Notes: generated from the letters alone by a model not told the origin. Positions 28,671-44,901 are shown, numbered from the stretch's first letter. The stretch: DNA of 64,000 nucleotides from the human T2T-CHM13v2.0 reference genome, Homo sapiens (GCF_009914755.1 NC_060937.1), one strand, 5' to 3'. Made by a program: numbers and translations.

Positions 28671-31600
28671 TGGAAAATTTAAATTTCCATAGCGTTTACA
28701 GAAACTTAGGAAACAAGAGAACTCTAATTTTCTAAAATCGAGAGCTAACTTGAAAGCAAAGAGGAAACAATTTATTGTTTGCCAAAGTTGTAATAATGTT
28801 TGACTGTGGTATGATTAACAGAATTGAGTAATGAATTAGTTTATGTTAGATGATTTGACGTAATTATTTAACCTGCTGTTTTATTGGTTTGTTTTATTTT
28901 ACATAATATGACGATTAAAACTGTGATTTGACAGTATCTTTTAAAATTTATGTATTTGGTTAACCACTAGTTTGTATCTTAATCTAAAAAACCCTGTATT
29001 GATGTTTTCTTTGGTCATAAATTCTTCTTAATTTATTATATTACTAAATTTGAAATATTGACATTAAATTTCGTCAGCTGAAACATTAAGGAGATAATTT
29101 TTTTCTCTCTCTCGGTAGCTTTTGAAGGTGGGGAAATTGTATGAAACCAGTCTCTGTGATAGATTTATTATCAACCTTTACTTCTCTTGTTTGGATATAT
29201 AATAGATATTTTCTTAAAATAATATGCATGTAAAATACAGCACATTTTTAATAGAAACACGTCTTCTAATATTTACATTGTGTTACAAATTATGTTAAGC
29301 TGTAACATCTCTCTTATTTCTTTTTTCTTTTTCTCTTCTTTTTTCTTTAGGCTTGCTCTCCTTTTTTAAATTGTACATGGAATATTAACTGTAGGGGGTT
29401 TTGAAAAAGTCAGGTGATATTGAACAATTTCACTATTAAAAACAAGAAAGAAACCCTGGATGCTTCTCAGTCTTTGGTAACAGAAAAACTTGCAGCATTT
29501 TTATTTTTTAGGGGAAGAGTCATAAACTCTGTTTTGTAGGTAACCTGGAAAAGGGTGTTTTTATCAGATAAATGGTCAAGACAGGGATATGAAGTCACTG
29601 ACATCAATGCCTATTTGCATTATTTTTATGAAAAAAATGTTGTTGATACCAAAATTGGCACATAATCCAAAAAAAACAAGCAATTCAATATTTTGATGTG
29701 TGCTACAAAAGTGATGAATAATTTGGGTTTGTCCACATTACCAAAATAATAATAAATCCTTCAAAAATATTAGTGTATTAGATATCTTTCTGGGTTTTGA
29801 GATTTTGTTTCCTTTTAGTGCACTAGCAATCATGTAGATTTATTCATTTACATTTGTGTTTACCTATAAGACTTCTATATAGTATTGTTTGTAGTAAAGT
29901 ATATTTAGCCCCTTTTTTTCTTACAAATATTGAGCAACAGCAAATTCTTTTAAGTGTGTGCATTTTTTAGGTATAAAGCCATGATTAATGTCTTTCTCTA
30001 ACTTGTCTGAATTTTGTGCAAAATCCAAATATATATCTGGATTTCACAATAGCACTGCTTTTACCTCATTCTGTCAGGTCAAACCTTGTACAAACTGACT
30101 CCTTTCCTTAGCTTCAAAATATTAAAACTCAAATGACTCTGGATAGTACTATAGGTCATTTACTAATTATATATACAAACATAGTGATTATTTTTTAAAG
30201 CAGAACTTCTATGAGCTTCTGTTTCTGGTTGAGAATTAAATCTGTTTATCATTTGATATTGCAAAGTCAGAAATGATGTTATATCATTTTTAATTTAGCC
30301 TATCTCATTAGATGTAAAAATGTCTTTAACATTTGTTAATCTAATTATCTGCTTTGTCAAAATATGTAGTGGTCAGTAAACTTTTTTGTGTAGTTTTTGG
30401 TGATGTTACTTCCTACCTCCCTCATTGTGTTTACAATAAATATATGGTTTGTGTACAGCAAAAGACCATCAATATCTTCCTACTCAACAAAGTTTAGTCT
30501 AGAATTGCTTGCTGTAAACAAAGATGAGAAAAGGACACTTTGTTTACTCAGGAATGTGGTCTAATGTCTGAAGTTTTGCTTTTATGAGCTTAGCATGTTT
30601 TGTTTTTTTTTTCAAATGAATTTACGTTTTGTAAAGAAGCTTTAGATATTCTTTGTGATAGCTCAGTGTTAAGGCATAAATTTAATTTTGAATTCTTATA
30701 AATATTCTACATCATAAGTGATGTAGAAAATCTATCTGAACTACACAGTAGTGACTGTGGTAGTAGTGGTGATAGTAGTGATGGTAATAATAATTTCACT
30801 TATACCCATACCTAGTTTTAAAAGCAATTTTGCTGTGTGAGATAGAATAGTAAGACATGGCATACCTACTTTCAGGTGAAAAAACACCTTCATATAGCAA
30901 ATAATGTACAAGCCCAAAGTGAATGGTAAAGGGAGTGCCAAGTAAATATCATAGACATATGAGGAACATAGAAATTTAAAGAACAAGGATCTTGAGTCAA
31001 AAGCACCTTTGTGCCAGTGGTGTGAGTTGTGTTGGCAGCATTTTATATGAAGTGAGCAATAATGGAAAATCCCAGATACATGAATGGATTCAGAATGGTA
31101 AGACTCTAGGATTTGAGAGACATTTTGTGGGACTGCAAGAAAGTGAATACAGGGAAAATAGATTAAACAAGCATTCTGAATAGTTTGAACTTTGTTCTCA
31201 AGCAATGGGAAGACAAACTACCATTTACTGGAAATTAGCTATTTTTCAAGTTTTGTGCTATGCACTTTGTGTGTATTATCTCTCTCTCTTTTTTTTTTTT
31301 AACAACAATCCATTTAGGTAGATAGAAAGATGACATGAAGAGAAATAGAATAGCTTTACTTTCACAAATTTATTCATTGTGTTAGAGAAATAAAATGGAA
31401 AGCATATATTCTGAGTGTGTATGAGGGTTAGTTAAATTAAGTTATTTTCATTTCTACTTTCCCACATTTTAGTCATGTATTTACATTGTGGTGAATAGAC
31501 TCCATGTTCTAGATACTGAGCTGCAACTTACAGTGGTAAGTAGTTGAATTGGTTGTCAAATGAAGTTATTTGTGTTCCAGTCTCTGTGCCACAGAGCTTC

Positions 31601-33346
31601 TCAGAGGCAGTAGGTCTGTCATCAAAAAAATGGCACTGTGAAAGCCCTCTTATGTCACCATCTAAGATTTTGTCCAAGAGAATAGAAACTAAGAAACTGA
31701 GATGCTGACTTTGCCAGAGTCATAGAGCCAGGAAATGATGGATACTTAACAGCTCCCTTCCCCAAAACAACCTTGAATGGTCCACCAGATGGCTGGCATC
31801 AAGGTTCAAGTATGTTTGACATTGGGCTGCCTTTCTGATGCTACTGTGCAGTTCTCATTTTTCTGGCCTTACTTTGTTACTTGATATAGAGACACAAACT
31901 AAAGCTTGAAAAATCCAGTAAAGTAAATAAAAAAGCATTACTGTTTCTATTTCCAACTTCCCTTATATATCAAAAATATTCAGCTTAACTTCTAAAGCCA
32001 GAGTAGAGTTCATTCATGTAAAGCCATTTCTCCTAGAGGCTAAGATAGAAGAGATTTGCAGAATGGTTGGACAATTAAAGATGGAGTTAATCATTCTCTT
32101 TTCATTAGGAAGCACATTGCTACATGTCCAAGAAAAACAACAATTTTAAAAGCCCTATTTTGTCAATTAGCATAAAATATGGTATTTCTCTGGTTTACTA
32201 AGTCATAAGAAACTCAATTTTTATTACTCTTTTCTTTGATATTTTTTCCATAACTATATATTTTTTATTTTTGCCATCATTAGGAATGCATATTTGAAAG
32301 AAATATGTACCCACATTAAATAATCTTATCTGTGAAAGGCAATAGTAAGTAGCAAAATTGACTCAGTAGGCAGCTATTATGAATGCCTGCATAGTACCTC
32401 AGGAAATATTTAATAATTGGAGGCTTTAATATTCTAACACTTCTTTTAAGGTCTCAAGCTAAGAAGGATCGCTAAATTTCTGTGTCTTGAGCAAGTGAAT
32501 ATGAAGTAGAGATGATTTATGAGGTGAACAGGTAGTAAACAAAGTCATTTTAGGGCTCAAGCAACTTATTGCTTGTATTACCTGGAGAAAGTCCTAGTTT
32601 TCTCATTTGTTAAAAACAAATGGTATAAAAATATGTGTTCTGATTCATTGGTTTGGTATAGGATTTCATTACATGTTAGGAAAAGCAAAAGGTTTTCGAA
32701 AACTCTAGAACTTATTTCAAATAAACACTGTTTTAAAAATGTATCACTCCTAGTTATTATCAATGTTACTTCTTACCCTTTTGGTCCCCAACTTTTACTG
32801 TCGTTTTTCAGAATATAACATTTCAAATCTGTGGCTCCTTTGTGAAAATGTGGAATGGGGCTCTGAAACACTGAGCACATGCTAGCGTTCAGTGCTCAGT
32901 ACTCTCAGTGAGGCTGCCCATCATCTCTCAGGGGAAGCCAGAGTGACAGCATCTCAGATCCACACTGTCCTTGAGCAGGGAAGTTGGGGCCCAGTCACAG
33001 CTCCTGTACTTCTCAGTGTGCTCATCACCTCTCTAGGGTTTCACTTCCTTCCATGGCAAAAAAGAGGAAGGTTGAAATAGCTGATCAATAAACTTCTTTC
33101 AATTGTTAAACCCCATGTTACTATGAACTACAGCTAGAGATGATGATCTTGGGATGCTGAGTAAAGTATTTTAAAACATAAATTTAGAGAAGTTAAAAGT
33201 AGAAGTTTTGAACAAATAACTAAGCCAAGACTTCATTACTTTTTGCTGTAGATTTTCCATTTTCATACTTTGTATTAAATTAGTTAAAGTGAAGGAAACA
33301 TCAACACAAGTAGGTGTGTAGAAGGCCATCTGAGGGGAGATTAAAG

Positions 33347-33652
33347 TTTATTTATTTATGTGTTTATTATTTTTTGAGATAGGACCATGGTCTGTCACCC
33401 AGGCTGAAATGCAGTGGTGCAGTCATGGCTCACTCTAGCCTCAACCTCCCATGCTCAAGCCATCCTCCCACCTCAAACTCCTGAGTAGCTGGGACTACAG
33501 GTGCACACCACCACACCTGGCTAGTTTTTGTATTTTTTTGTAGAGACAGGGTTTCACCATGTAGCCCAGGCTGATCTTAAAATACTGGACTCAAGCAATC
33601 TGCCTGCCTCGGCCTCCCAAAGTGCTGGCCGCACTACAGACTGTACCTGGCC
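33347..33652 (-). mobile_element. AluJ
   Basis: tcatggctcactctagcctcaacctccc..ctcaagccatcctcccacctc; altered 5' end. Confidence 0.92.
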
Positions 33653-33782
33653 AAGCCTAAATTTTTAGAAAATGTAAGTTAAAATACCTTATTTTAAAAG
33701 ACTGCATATATTTTACAAGTTTCTCAGAACATTTAATCAACATACTTTTTTATACTGATATTTAAGAAAATAAAAAACGGTG

Positions 33783-33980
33783 ATTGAGAGCTTGAAATTT
33801 GGAATCAGAGACCTGAGTTAAATATTGGCTCCATCCAGTTTTATCACTTACAGCCATATGGATTTGGCCAGTTTTTCCAACTTATTTCAGCCATAGTTTC
33901 TCATCAGTAAAATGAGAATAATTTAGCACCTGACTCATAGGGTAGTTATGAAGATTAAATGAGAATATGTGTAAAGAACA
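33783..33980 (+). mobile_element. MIR
   Basis: ttggaatcagagacctgagttaaat..agtttctcatcagtaaaatgagaataat..cctgactcatagggtagttatgaagattaaatgag. Confidence 0.85.
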
Positions 33981-34929
33981 AAGTGGAGTAGCAGTGAATA
34001 TGTGAATGTGCTATAACTATTCATATGACTAAGGATAATTTGACTGATATATTAACAGTATTTAAAGTTATAAAATTTAGAACTAACATTCCAAGGTTAA
34101 ATAGCTTATTGATGAAAAATATGATAACTTCCTTTTTATGTACTCTATTCCAGTCTTTTGGATTGCTATACCAACTTGCATTGATCACTCTTCAAAAGTC
34201 TCTCCATAGCTTACAGAATTTTTATTGGAACTTAAGACCAGAGAATGTACCAATGTGGAAAGTAAAGAGCTGTTCTGGATTAGAAGGAAAAAAAAAGAAA
34301 TTTAATGTGCTTTTCCTTAGTTCTACTACTGTTTTTGCTTGCTTTAATGGGTGGAATGGAACTGTGACTATAATTAAGTAAAATGAATATTGAAATAAAT
34401 ATTAACTTCAGAATATAAATGGGAGAAAAGGCACTAAATACAAATTTGCATCTGCAAGAAGTGAGAGGTTATAAATATGTTGTTAGATCACCTATAATGT
34501 CTGCTTTAGGCACCTAGTTCTTGCAGTTTTACATTGAAACACAGAGACAAATACAATATAAATAAGTCATTACAAAGCTCTTAATCCAAAGAGAGAGATA
34601 CACACAGAAATAATTAAAGGATTTCCTAAATAAAGGACTAGATAATGTGCTGTTGGACTAAAGTGATGGAACTTCTGAATTCTTTTTCAGAAGATGGAGA
34701 AAGGAGGCTTCCCAGGTGTTAACATTAAATTCTAGAGCAAAGAAAAAAAATGTGTAGAATTGTGTAGTTCCTTGTGTGGGTACAGAATTTTGGGGAAAGC
34801 AGCTGTTCAATAATAAGTCCTGATATTTTCTATATATGTTCAGAAATTAACATGCACTTACATTGTTGATTAATCCTCACACATATTTATGAATTATTAT
34901 TATTATTTTAAATAAATGATGTAACTCAG

Positions 34930-35304
34930 TGACATGGCTTGACTCTGTGTCCCCACCCAAATCTCATGTCCAGTTGTAATTCCCAGTGTTGAAGGAGGGG
35001 CCTGGTGGGAGGTGATTGAATCGTGGTGGTGGACTTCCCCTTTGTTGTTTTCATGATAGAATTCTCATGAGATCTGGTTGTTTGAAAGTGTGTAGCACCT
35101 TCCTTATCCCTTTACTCTCTCCTGCTAGCCATGCGAAGATGTACCTGCTTCTGCTTCATCTTCTGCCCTGATTGTAAGTTTCCTGAGGCCTCTCCAGAAG
35201 CAGAAATCTGGAAAGTCTGCAGAACTGTGAGCAGATTAAACCATTTTTCTTTATAAATTACCCAGTCTCAGGTATGTCTTTATAGCAATGTGAGAACTAA
35301 TACA
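34930..35304 (+). mobile_element. MaLR solo LTR (MSTA-like) inserted in a minus-strand MIR
   Basis: tgacatggctttgactctgtgtccccacccaaatctcat ... gaactaataca; perfect 5-bp TSD ctcag (34925-34929, 35305-35309). Confidence 0.93.
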
Positions 35305-37189
35305 CTCAGACTGAGAAAAGTTAGTGACTTATCTAACAATATATAATACCTCTCAATTCAGTTTTCTTATTATTCTGAGGAAATGTTTTAAACACATGTG
35401 AGTTTGAAAGTAAAGTAAATTATAGTAAATTTAGGCACATTATTATAATAAGAAAAAGTACTCAAAAGGTAATTGCAATAGTTTATGAATATTAACATAG
35501 TCTAAAATGTGTACCACACATTCACTTTCTCTAAACCTATTAAATGGAATCAAGATTCTGAAAAAAACTGCAAGAAAACAATTATTTATGTCCAGTGTTG
35601 TCTTAAAATGTCATTGTAAATTGCAAGATTATTTATTCCTTTTTTTGTTTTTTATTTCGTGTTTAGTTGACCAGATGTTATCCACAGATAACTTCCCATA
35701 AGAATTAAATATAGAGCCAAAAGTATTGCATTAAAAATATTGTCAGTGAGATAGAAATCCAGGAACTGTATGTGAGAAACCTTAATCCTTCTCTTTATTT
35801 CACAAGTTGGGAACAAGTTCCAGTAGTAAGTAGGCAGGTGGTGTAATGAATATTTTACTATATAAGAAAATCCAGAAGTTACTTTCAGCTCTAGGTCTGC
35901 CATGTAAAAGCTTTGGGACTATGAATAAATTATTTAATTTTTAAATCACACTGTCCTCATCTGCAAAATAAAATATACTAGCCTAAAATAAAAATAATCT
36001 AGTCTAAATGCACTTTAAGATCCTTTTTAGCTTTAACTTTACTTTTGTAGAAAGCTTCAGAGGGATTTTGACATGCATTAAGGGATAATGGGATAATTTC
36101 ACTAAATGTGTTAGAATGAGGAAAATAAAATTCGTTATTAGTGCATCAGGAACATAAAGAAATGTTGAATGGATTTTCCATGGGAGACAACAATGGCTCC
36201 ATCCAAGGTTATAGGAAAAAAAATAAAGTGATAGAATATATCTTCGAAAGTAGCTTTTAACATATGTGCAGAGAATTGACACGGCACTAAGATATTTATA
36301 TTTTAATCTATTATTCTGGTAATATTGCACAATATGGGGCTTGAATCACATGACATTCAAAAATAGGTTTGGTAAATCATTTTGAACTTCATTTTGAACA
36401 TGTCTGCATGGACATAGGAAATGGAATGTTGAGTCTGTTTAAGAGGTTTAAGAGAGAAGAAGAAACAAGTTAGGGAGAGATTCTAGGGAAAGGGGACGCA
36501 GGCAAGAGGGGTATGTATTCACAACATTGTATTACTCCCTTATAACAGGGACTCTTGCAGACTGAGATTACATTTTGGAAGAGAGAGAGTTGAAATTAAT
36601 GTTGACTTCTGGAAATCAAGCCTTATATTAGGTCACAAATGTACCAAAGAGGTACAAATGAAGAAATAATAAATGAAATAATTTATAAGACAGGTTATAT
36701 GTGTGGAGGGAAACTCTCTGCATGCTGCATAAGTAGGAGTTCTGGAAAATGCCAACTCTTTTCTCATGTGTTACTTTAGACATCATTCCTCCATTAAGCC
36801 ATTCTGAACCTATCTAAGTCTGGATTTTGTGCCCTCTGATAGACCGGGACAAATGTAGCCCATAAGAACTTGTATCAGTCACGATTGTCTTTATGCTTGC
36901 CTTTTCCCCCACTCAGAAGGTGCACAGGCAGGTTTTATCTTAAGCATTGTTGGGCATTGCACTTAGCTCCATTTTTGCCATGTAGTAGGCTGACACAATG
37001 AACTAATGGTCTGTGGTGGCAGAAATTAAGCTTGTTTGCAAAGAAACACAATATAACAATAACAATAAATACATCAAAAAATAGATGTGAAAACAGAAGT
37101 GAAGTGGTTAAAAGCTAGGGTTCTGATGAGGAGGAGTGTTTCTTATATAAGATGAACCTATTACTGTGTCATCAAGAATCAGTATCTTC

Positions 37190-37335
37190 ATGATTTTCAG
37201 CCTTAGTTTCCAAATTTGTAAAACGGAGACAACAACAATGTCTATCTCATAGGGGATTTTAGAAGTTGAAATGAAATAATACATGCTCATGTATAACCTA
37301 TGTATATGTAATACAAGACTAAGTGCTCAAAAATG
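37190..37335 (+). mobile_element. MIR fragment
   Basis: tcagccttagtttccaaatttgtaaaacggagacaacaacaatgtctatctcataggg..gaagttgaaatga. Confidence 0.7.
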
Positions 37336-37596
37336 TTTACCATTTTTATTAACCATAACTTCTCCTATAAATGTCATTAGAATACAGAAAAACAAGGAAG
37401 GATTTTCTCACAACAATTAAGTGTGTTAAAAGTAATATAGATTATTTTGTATCAGGAAGAAATTTCATCCAGCGTAAACACTTTTCATTTCAAAAAGTAT
37501 GAGATTAGAAATTGTATTCTTTCAAAACTGTAGTCAGACTGTATATTTCCAGTGCCTGGCACATATCTGTCAAATATGCAAAGCCATTTCGTTTCA

Positions 37597-38546
37597 TTTT
37601 TTTTTTATTATTATGCTTTAACTTCTGGGATACATGTACAGAATGTGCAGGTTTGTTACATAGGTATACATGTGCTGTGGTGGTTTGCTGCACCCATCAA
37701 CCCGTCATCTACATTAGGTATTTCTCCTAATGCTATCCCTCCCCCTAGCCTCCAACCCCTGACAGGCCCTGGTGTGTGATGTTCTGCTCCCCGTATCCAT
37801 GTGTTCTCATTGTTCATCTCCCACTTATGAGTGAAAACATAGTGTTTGGTTTTCTGTTTCTGTGTTAGTTTGCTGAGAATAATGGTTTCCAGCTTCATCC
37901 ATGTCCCTGCAAAGGACATGAACTTATCCTTTTTTATGGCTTCATAGTATTCCATGGTGTATATGTGCCACATTTTCTTTATCCAGTCTATCATTGATGG
38001 GCATTTGTTCCCATCAATGGGAACAAGTCTTTGCTATTGTAAGTAGTGCTGCAGTAAACATATGTGTGCATGTGTCTTTATAGTAGAATGATTTATAATC
38101 CTTTGGGTATATACCCAGTAATGGAATTGCTGGGTCAAATGGTATTTCTGGTTCTAGATACTTGAGGAATCACCACACTGTCTTCCACAATGGTTGAACT
38201 AATTTACCCTCCCACCAACAGTATAAAAGCATTCCTATTTCTCCACATCCTCTCCAGCATCTGTTGTTTCCTGACTTTTTAATGATTGCCATTCTAACTG
38301 GCGTGAGTTGGCATCTCATTGTGGTTTTGATTTGCATTTCTCTAATGACCAGTGATGATGAGTTTTTTTTTTCATATGTTTGTTGGCTGCCTAAATGTCT
38401 TCTTTTGAGAAGTGTCTGTTCATGTCCTTCACCCACTTTTCGATGGGATTGTTTTTTTCTTGTAAATTTGTTTAAGTTCCTTGTAGATTCTGGATATTAG
38501 CCCTTTGTCAGATGGATAGATTGCAAAAATTTTCTCCCATTCTGTA
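37597..38546 (-). mobile_element. 5'-truncated L1PA (about PA7/8 age), ORF2 end and 3'UTR
   Basis: ORF track [14 protein letters not shown] and [10 protein letters not shown]; poly-T at 37597; short TSD ttcattt (37593-37599, 38548-38554). Confidence 0.95.
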
Positions 38547-39899
38547 CTTCATTTCTATATAACAACTTGGAATATCACAGTTCTATGCACTAGAAAGGAG
38601 ATTTCCATTTTTTTCTTAACCAATGAAACTTCATATCCTCTTTGGGAAGTAGGTCATTTAATGAGTCATTGGTGGAAAGAAAATCTACTTTAAAAACACA
38701 ATACTTTCTCTTTTGTTTCACAGATACAAGTTTCTACAAGATGCATTTCCCTTTACAGTTATGATAGTTCTCTTTAGAATCTAAAGGTTAACTCTAGCTT
38801 GTGTGTGTATGGTGCATGTGCTGTGAATGTTGTAAGAAAGCCAATTCAAAGAGATTATGTAATTTAGAAGATAGATGCTTTGATTTTTTTTTCTTTTCTA
38901 AGAACCAGCGTGCTGCCTTTTCTAATACAAGGTTGGGAAATAGTTCTGTAGCTAGATGGGGATATATTAATATATACTCACAGGGCACATAATGACAGTG
39001 CAAAAATATGCTTTCATCAAGAACATAAAAGATGGAACAGAAGTAATATTTAACAACAGGTAGAGATTGGTTACCATGGCATCTATTACAGTGAAAGTGT
39101 CTAAAAAGCACAATCTGTTGCTCTATTTAATATAGTAAGTATATATTTTTGCGTTTGTAAAGTTTTGAGATCTAGTCTAATGCTTTTAATATATGTGATG
39201 CTTCTATATGCCTTAGGAATGACTACTATTTCAAAAAGAAAAGGTTCCATCTAGAACAATAACTCAAATATAATGAATAAGTTAATGCGTATATAGTATG
39301 GAAAACCATTCCAAATGATTCTGATTGCCACTCCCAGGGGATTATGACTTCCTCTCACTCCCTTTAAAATTCAATATGTTTTTTGGCAATATTTCTAGTT
39401 GTTCATACAGCAACGAGCCTCCCGCTTTTCTTCCATATGTGAATTCCATCTAAAGTATTACATTTTAAAAAAATCTTTTATAGTTACACATGGCCATATA
39501 ATACATATATTTAGTGAATGACATTTATCAAAGTCTGGTAGGTATTTTTGAGAAAGTTTTGCTTTCTTGAATTTGGTCCCATACTTCTTTCTTCTTCTCT
39601 TGTCTGGAATTCAATATGAGGCTGAAATGGGAATTATCATCTTATAACCATTGAGACAAAAGTCACATGGTAAGAGTAACTTCTGTGAGGCCAGGAGTCT
39701 GGTTCTTCAGATTTCCTCAAGTGCCCAGATCTGTGTGGGAATGCCCTACCTGGTGATTTCTTATTACTCAAAAGACATAAATTGGTTTCTGACCACAGTA
39801 GAGGATTTCAAATTCATATAGATGAACATCAACTTAACCATTACATAATTAACTGCTGTGTATGGATAGTTATGGAGACTTAGTCCTGAAGTGTTTTTT

Positions 39900-40480
39900 A
39901 TTAGGATTATATGATCTATATACTAATGACTCCTGTATTTATATCTCCATCTTGAAACTTCTGCCTATTTGTCTTGGTCATGTAATTGTCTGGAGTACTA
40001 CAAAATTAACAAGCCCAACACAGAACCTCAAAGTACCACTTACTCACCAGCAGAAGCTGCTCATCTAGCAGAATTCCTCATTTCTAGCTACAGACTCTTC
40101 TGTTCAGGTTGTTTCCCAGGCCCAAAACCTTGGGATCATCCTCATTTACTCAAAACTCATATGTATCAACTCAAAAGCAACTGATTTTGTTTCTAAAATG
40201 TATTATGGTATAACCATTTTTCACTAGTTTTATTGCTATTAAATTAATTCAAACCACTGTTGCATGTTTCATGAGTTCTCCTAACTGGTCTTCCTACTTT
40301 CAATCTGTCTCTCCTTCCATGTATTGCAACAGAACATCAAAAGGAATCCTATTAAAGAGTGAGTCAAGTAGTGTCATTTGTCTGCTCAAAACCATCTCAT
40401 TCACAAAGTCAAAAATATATGCTCACAAAGCGTGCACAATTTGTCCTCCAGTCATCTCTCCTAATACTCTCCACCTCTCT
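39900..40480 (+). mobile_element. L2 fragment
   Basis: tatactaatgactcctgtatttatatctcca; caggcccaaaaccttgggatcatcc; ctcctaactggtcttcctac; tctgctcaaaacc. Confidence 0.7.
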
Positions 40481-41179
40481 CACTCTATTACAGAGATTTT
40501 TTGGTGTGTACTTTTAAATGATTAAAGAATTCTGTCACTCATACTCTCTTGAATTTTCAAGTGTATCCTCATTTCAATTATCTCAGTCTTTCTCAGTCAA
40601 GGTAGTAATTTTGTAGGCCCTAAAATTAACTAATATTATACTATGACAAACGTTTTGATAATCAGATTTCCTTTTGTTTTCATCAATCTCAGCTTCATAC
40701 TATGAGGCTTAGGAGACCTTTTCAGCATGTTTATTGACTTCTTATCTGTGCCCTTAGGGACATCCATTCTCAACTTCAGGTTATTCACCACTGCCTGCTA
40801 CAAGTTGCTACCTTATCTTGTGGTCCTTTGATTCCAAATATTCAATTTTTCACTATTGTGCTTTGTCCTATTAATTTTCATTCTAGAAAATAAATGAAAC
40901 AATGAAACATTCTTTCACTTGCACTAGAACAGATAATTGCAAATATGGCACATTTTTCTCAGTCTGTTGCCTATATCCCATTATTTTACACTCATTTCTG
41001 ATTCATTTAAGGTTATTTGGTTGCATTTTTAAGCTGACTTTGGCTAACATTTTGGGAAAAAAAGGGAAGATATTTGAATTCTATTTGAATTCTAAAAAAA
41101 TTAATCAATAACCATAAAACCAGAGGCAAGAACAAAAACTAAGTGGAGAGAACAATAGAAAATTCAAAAAATCCTGTGA

Positions 41180-42105
41180 TACAAACCCACAGCCAATATT
41201 ATATTAAATGGGCAAAAGTTGGAAGCATTCCCGTTGAAACCCTACAAAAGGCAAGGATGCCCTCTCTCACCATTCCTATTCAACATAGTATTGCAAGTCC
41301 TAGCCAGAGCAAACAGGCAAGAGAAAGAAATAAAGGGCAAATAGGAAGAGAGGAAGTCAAAATATCTTTGTTTGCAGAAAAGAAGATTCTATATATATTA
41401 ATAGAAAACCACATAGTCTTGGCCCTTCAGCTCCATCAGCTGATAAACAACCTCAGCAAGGTTTCAGGATACAATATCAATGTACAAAAATCACTAGCAT
41501 TCCTATACACCAGCAACAGCCAAGCCAAGAGCCAAATCAGAAAGGCAATCCCATTCACAATTGCCACACACAAAAAAATAAAATACCTAGGAATATTGCT
41601 AACCAGGGAGATGAAAGATGTCTACAATGAAAATTACAAAACACTGCTCAAAGAAATCATGGAAGAAACAAACAAATCGAAAAACATTCCATGCTCATGG
41701 ATAGGAAGAATCAAAATCATTAAAATGGACATACTGCCCAAAGCATTTTACAGATTTAGTGCTACTACTATCAAACTGCTAATGACATTGTTCACAGAAC
41801 TAGAAAAAATACTATTTTAAGATGCATATGGAACCAAAAAAGAGCCTGAATAGCCCAGGCAATCCTAAGCAAAAAGAACAAAGCTAGAGGCTTTGTTACC
41901 TGTAGAAGGAAACAACAGACACTGGGGCATACTTGAGGGTGGAGGGTGGTAGGAGGGAGGAGCAAAAAAGATAACTATTGGGTACTGGGCTTAATTCCTG
42001 GGTGATGAAATAATCTGTACAACAAATCCCCATGACGCAAGTTTACCTTCACATTTACCCTCAACCTTAAAATAAAAGTTAAAAACAAACAAACAAACAA
42101 AAACC
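41180..42105 (+). mobile_element. Older primate L1 (L1PA12-15-like): ORF2 RT segment joined by an internal deletion (~41902) to the 3'UTR
   Basis: ORF 41143-41820 contains [30 protein letters not shown]; 3'UTR ataactattgggtactgggcttaattcctgggtgatgaaataatctgtacaac. Confidence 0.93.
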
Positions 42106-42520
42106 AGCAAAATTTTGTCATAGTAGAAACAAGCTTGTTAGGGCTCCAACCTTATGAAAAGAAATCTAAACATTAGTTAGTATGTGAATTGCTTAATATT
42201 CAAAGACCTGAGAGAGCATTTAATTGGCTGACACTAGCTATCTGATTGACTTCTGGCTCTGTTCTAAGTGAAAGAAAAGATCTATCTGGTTCTTTGGCAT
42301 CTATAGTGGAAAAATTTACCATCCCATACAAATGGAGGTGAGGATTACACCAAAGGAAATCCACCTGCTCTTTAGATGGGGTAGAATGAAAAATGAGCGA
42401 CCAAGAAATATCAAAGATCTAACACAGAGATCCTATCCAATATTTGTTTCCCAAATGGCAGATGTCTACTATGAAAAATTATTATTTTAATCTTGCTGGT
42501 TGAGAGTTTCCTTGTCAATG

Positions 42521-44369
<1,849 letters not shown>

Positions 44370-44694
44370 ACTTCTTAGTACTTGAAATTGTACCTACAGG
44401 AAAATAAACAGATTTCTTTTTACAGAGACTGAAAGAAGAAAAGGTCAAAGCAAACTGGACTAAAAGATCTGTAACATTTAAGAAAATTATTCTCATAGTG
44501 AAGATTATAAAGCCTGTAAAAGAGCCATTTAAAGACTTTAAAGACATGCCAGGGTATTATGATGTGTGTTACTATCTCCAGTTAGAGAAAGTACTTAATA
44601 TCAAACAATTAGATGATGAAATTATATCTCATACTGATTAATGGAATGATTGCTAAGTACTTATAGGTTTATATGTTATTCTGTTATACTTTCA

Positions 44695-44901
44695 TGGGTT
44701 CATGCCATTCTCCTGCCTCAGCCTCCCGAGTAGCTGGGATTACAGGCGCCCACCACCACGCCCGGCTAATTTTTTGTATTTTTAGTAGAGACGGGGTTTC
44801 ACCGTGTTAGCCAGGATGGCCTCGATCTCCTGACCTCATGATCCGCCCGCCTCGTCCTCCCGAAGTGCTGTGATTACAGGCGTGAGCCACCGCGCCCGGC
44901 C
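44695..44901 (-). mobile_element. AluY lacking its 3' ~90 bp and tail
   Basis: ttcatgccattctcc, accgtgttagccaggatgg (Y-type), CpG-rich; no poly-T on the left. Confidence 0.93.
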
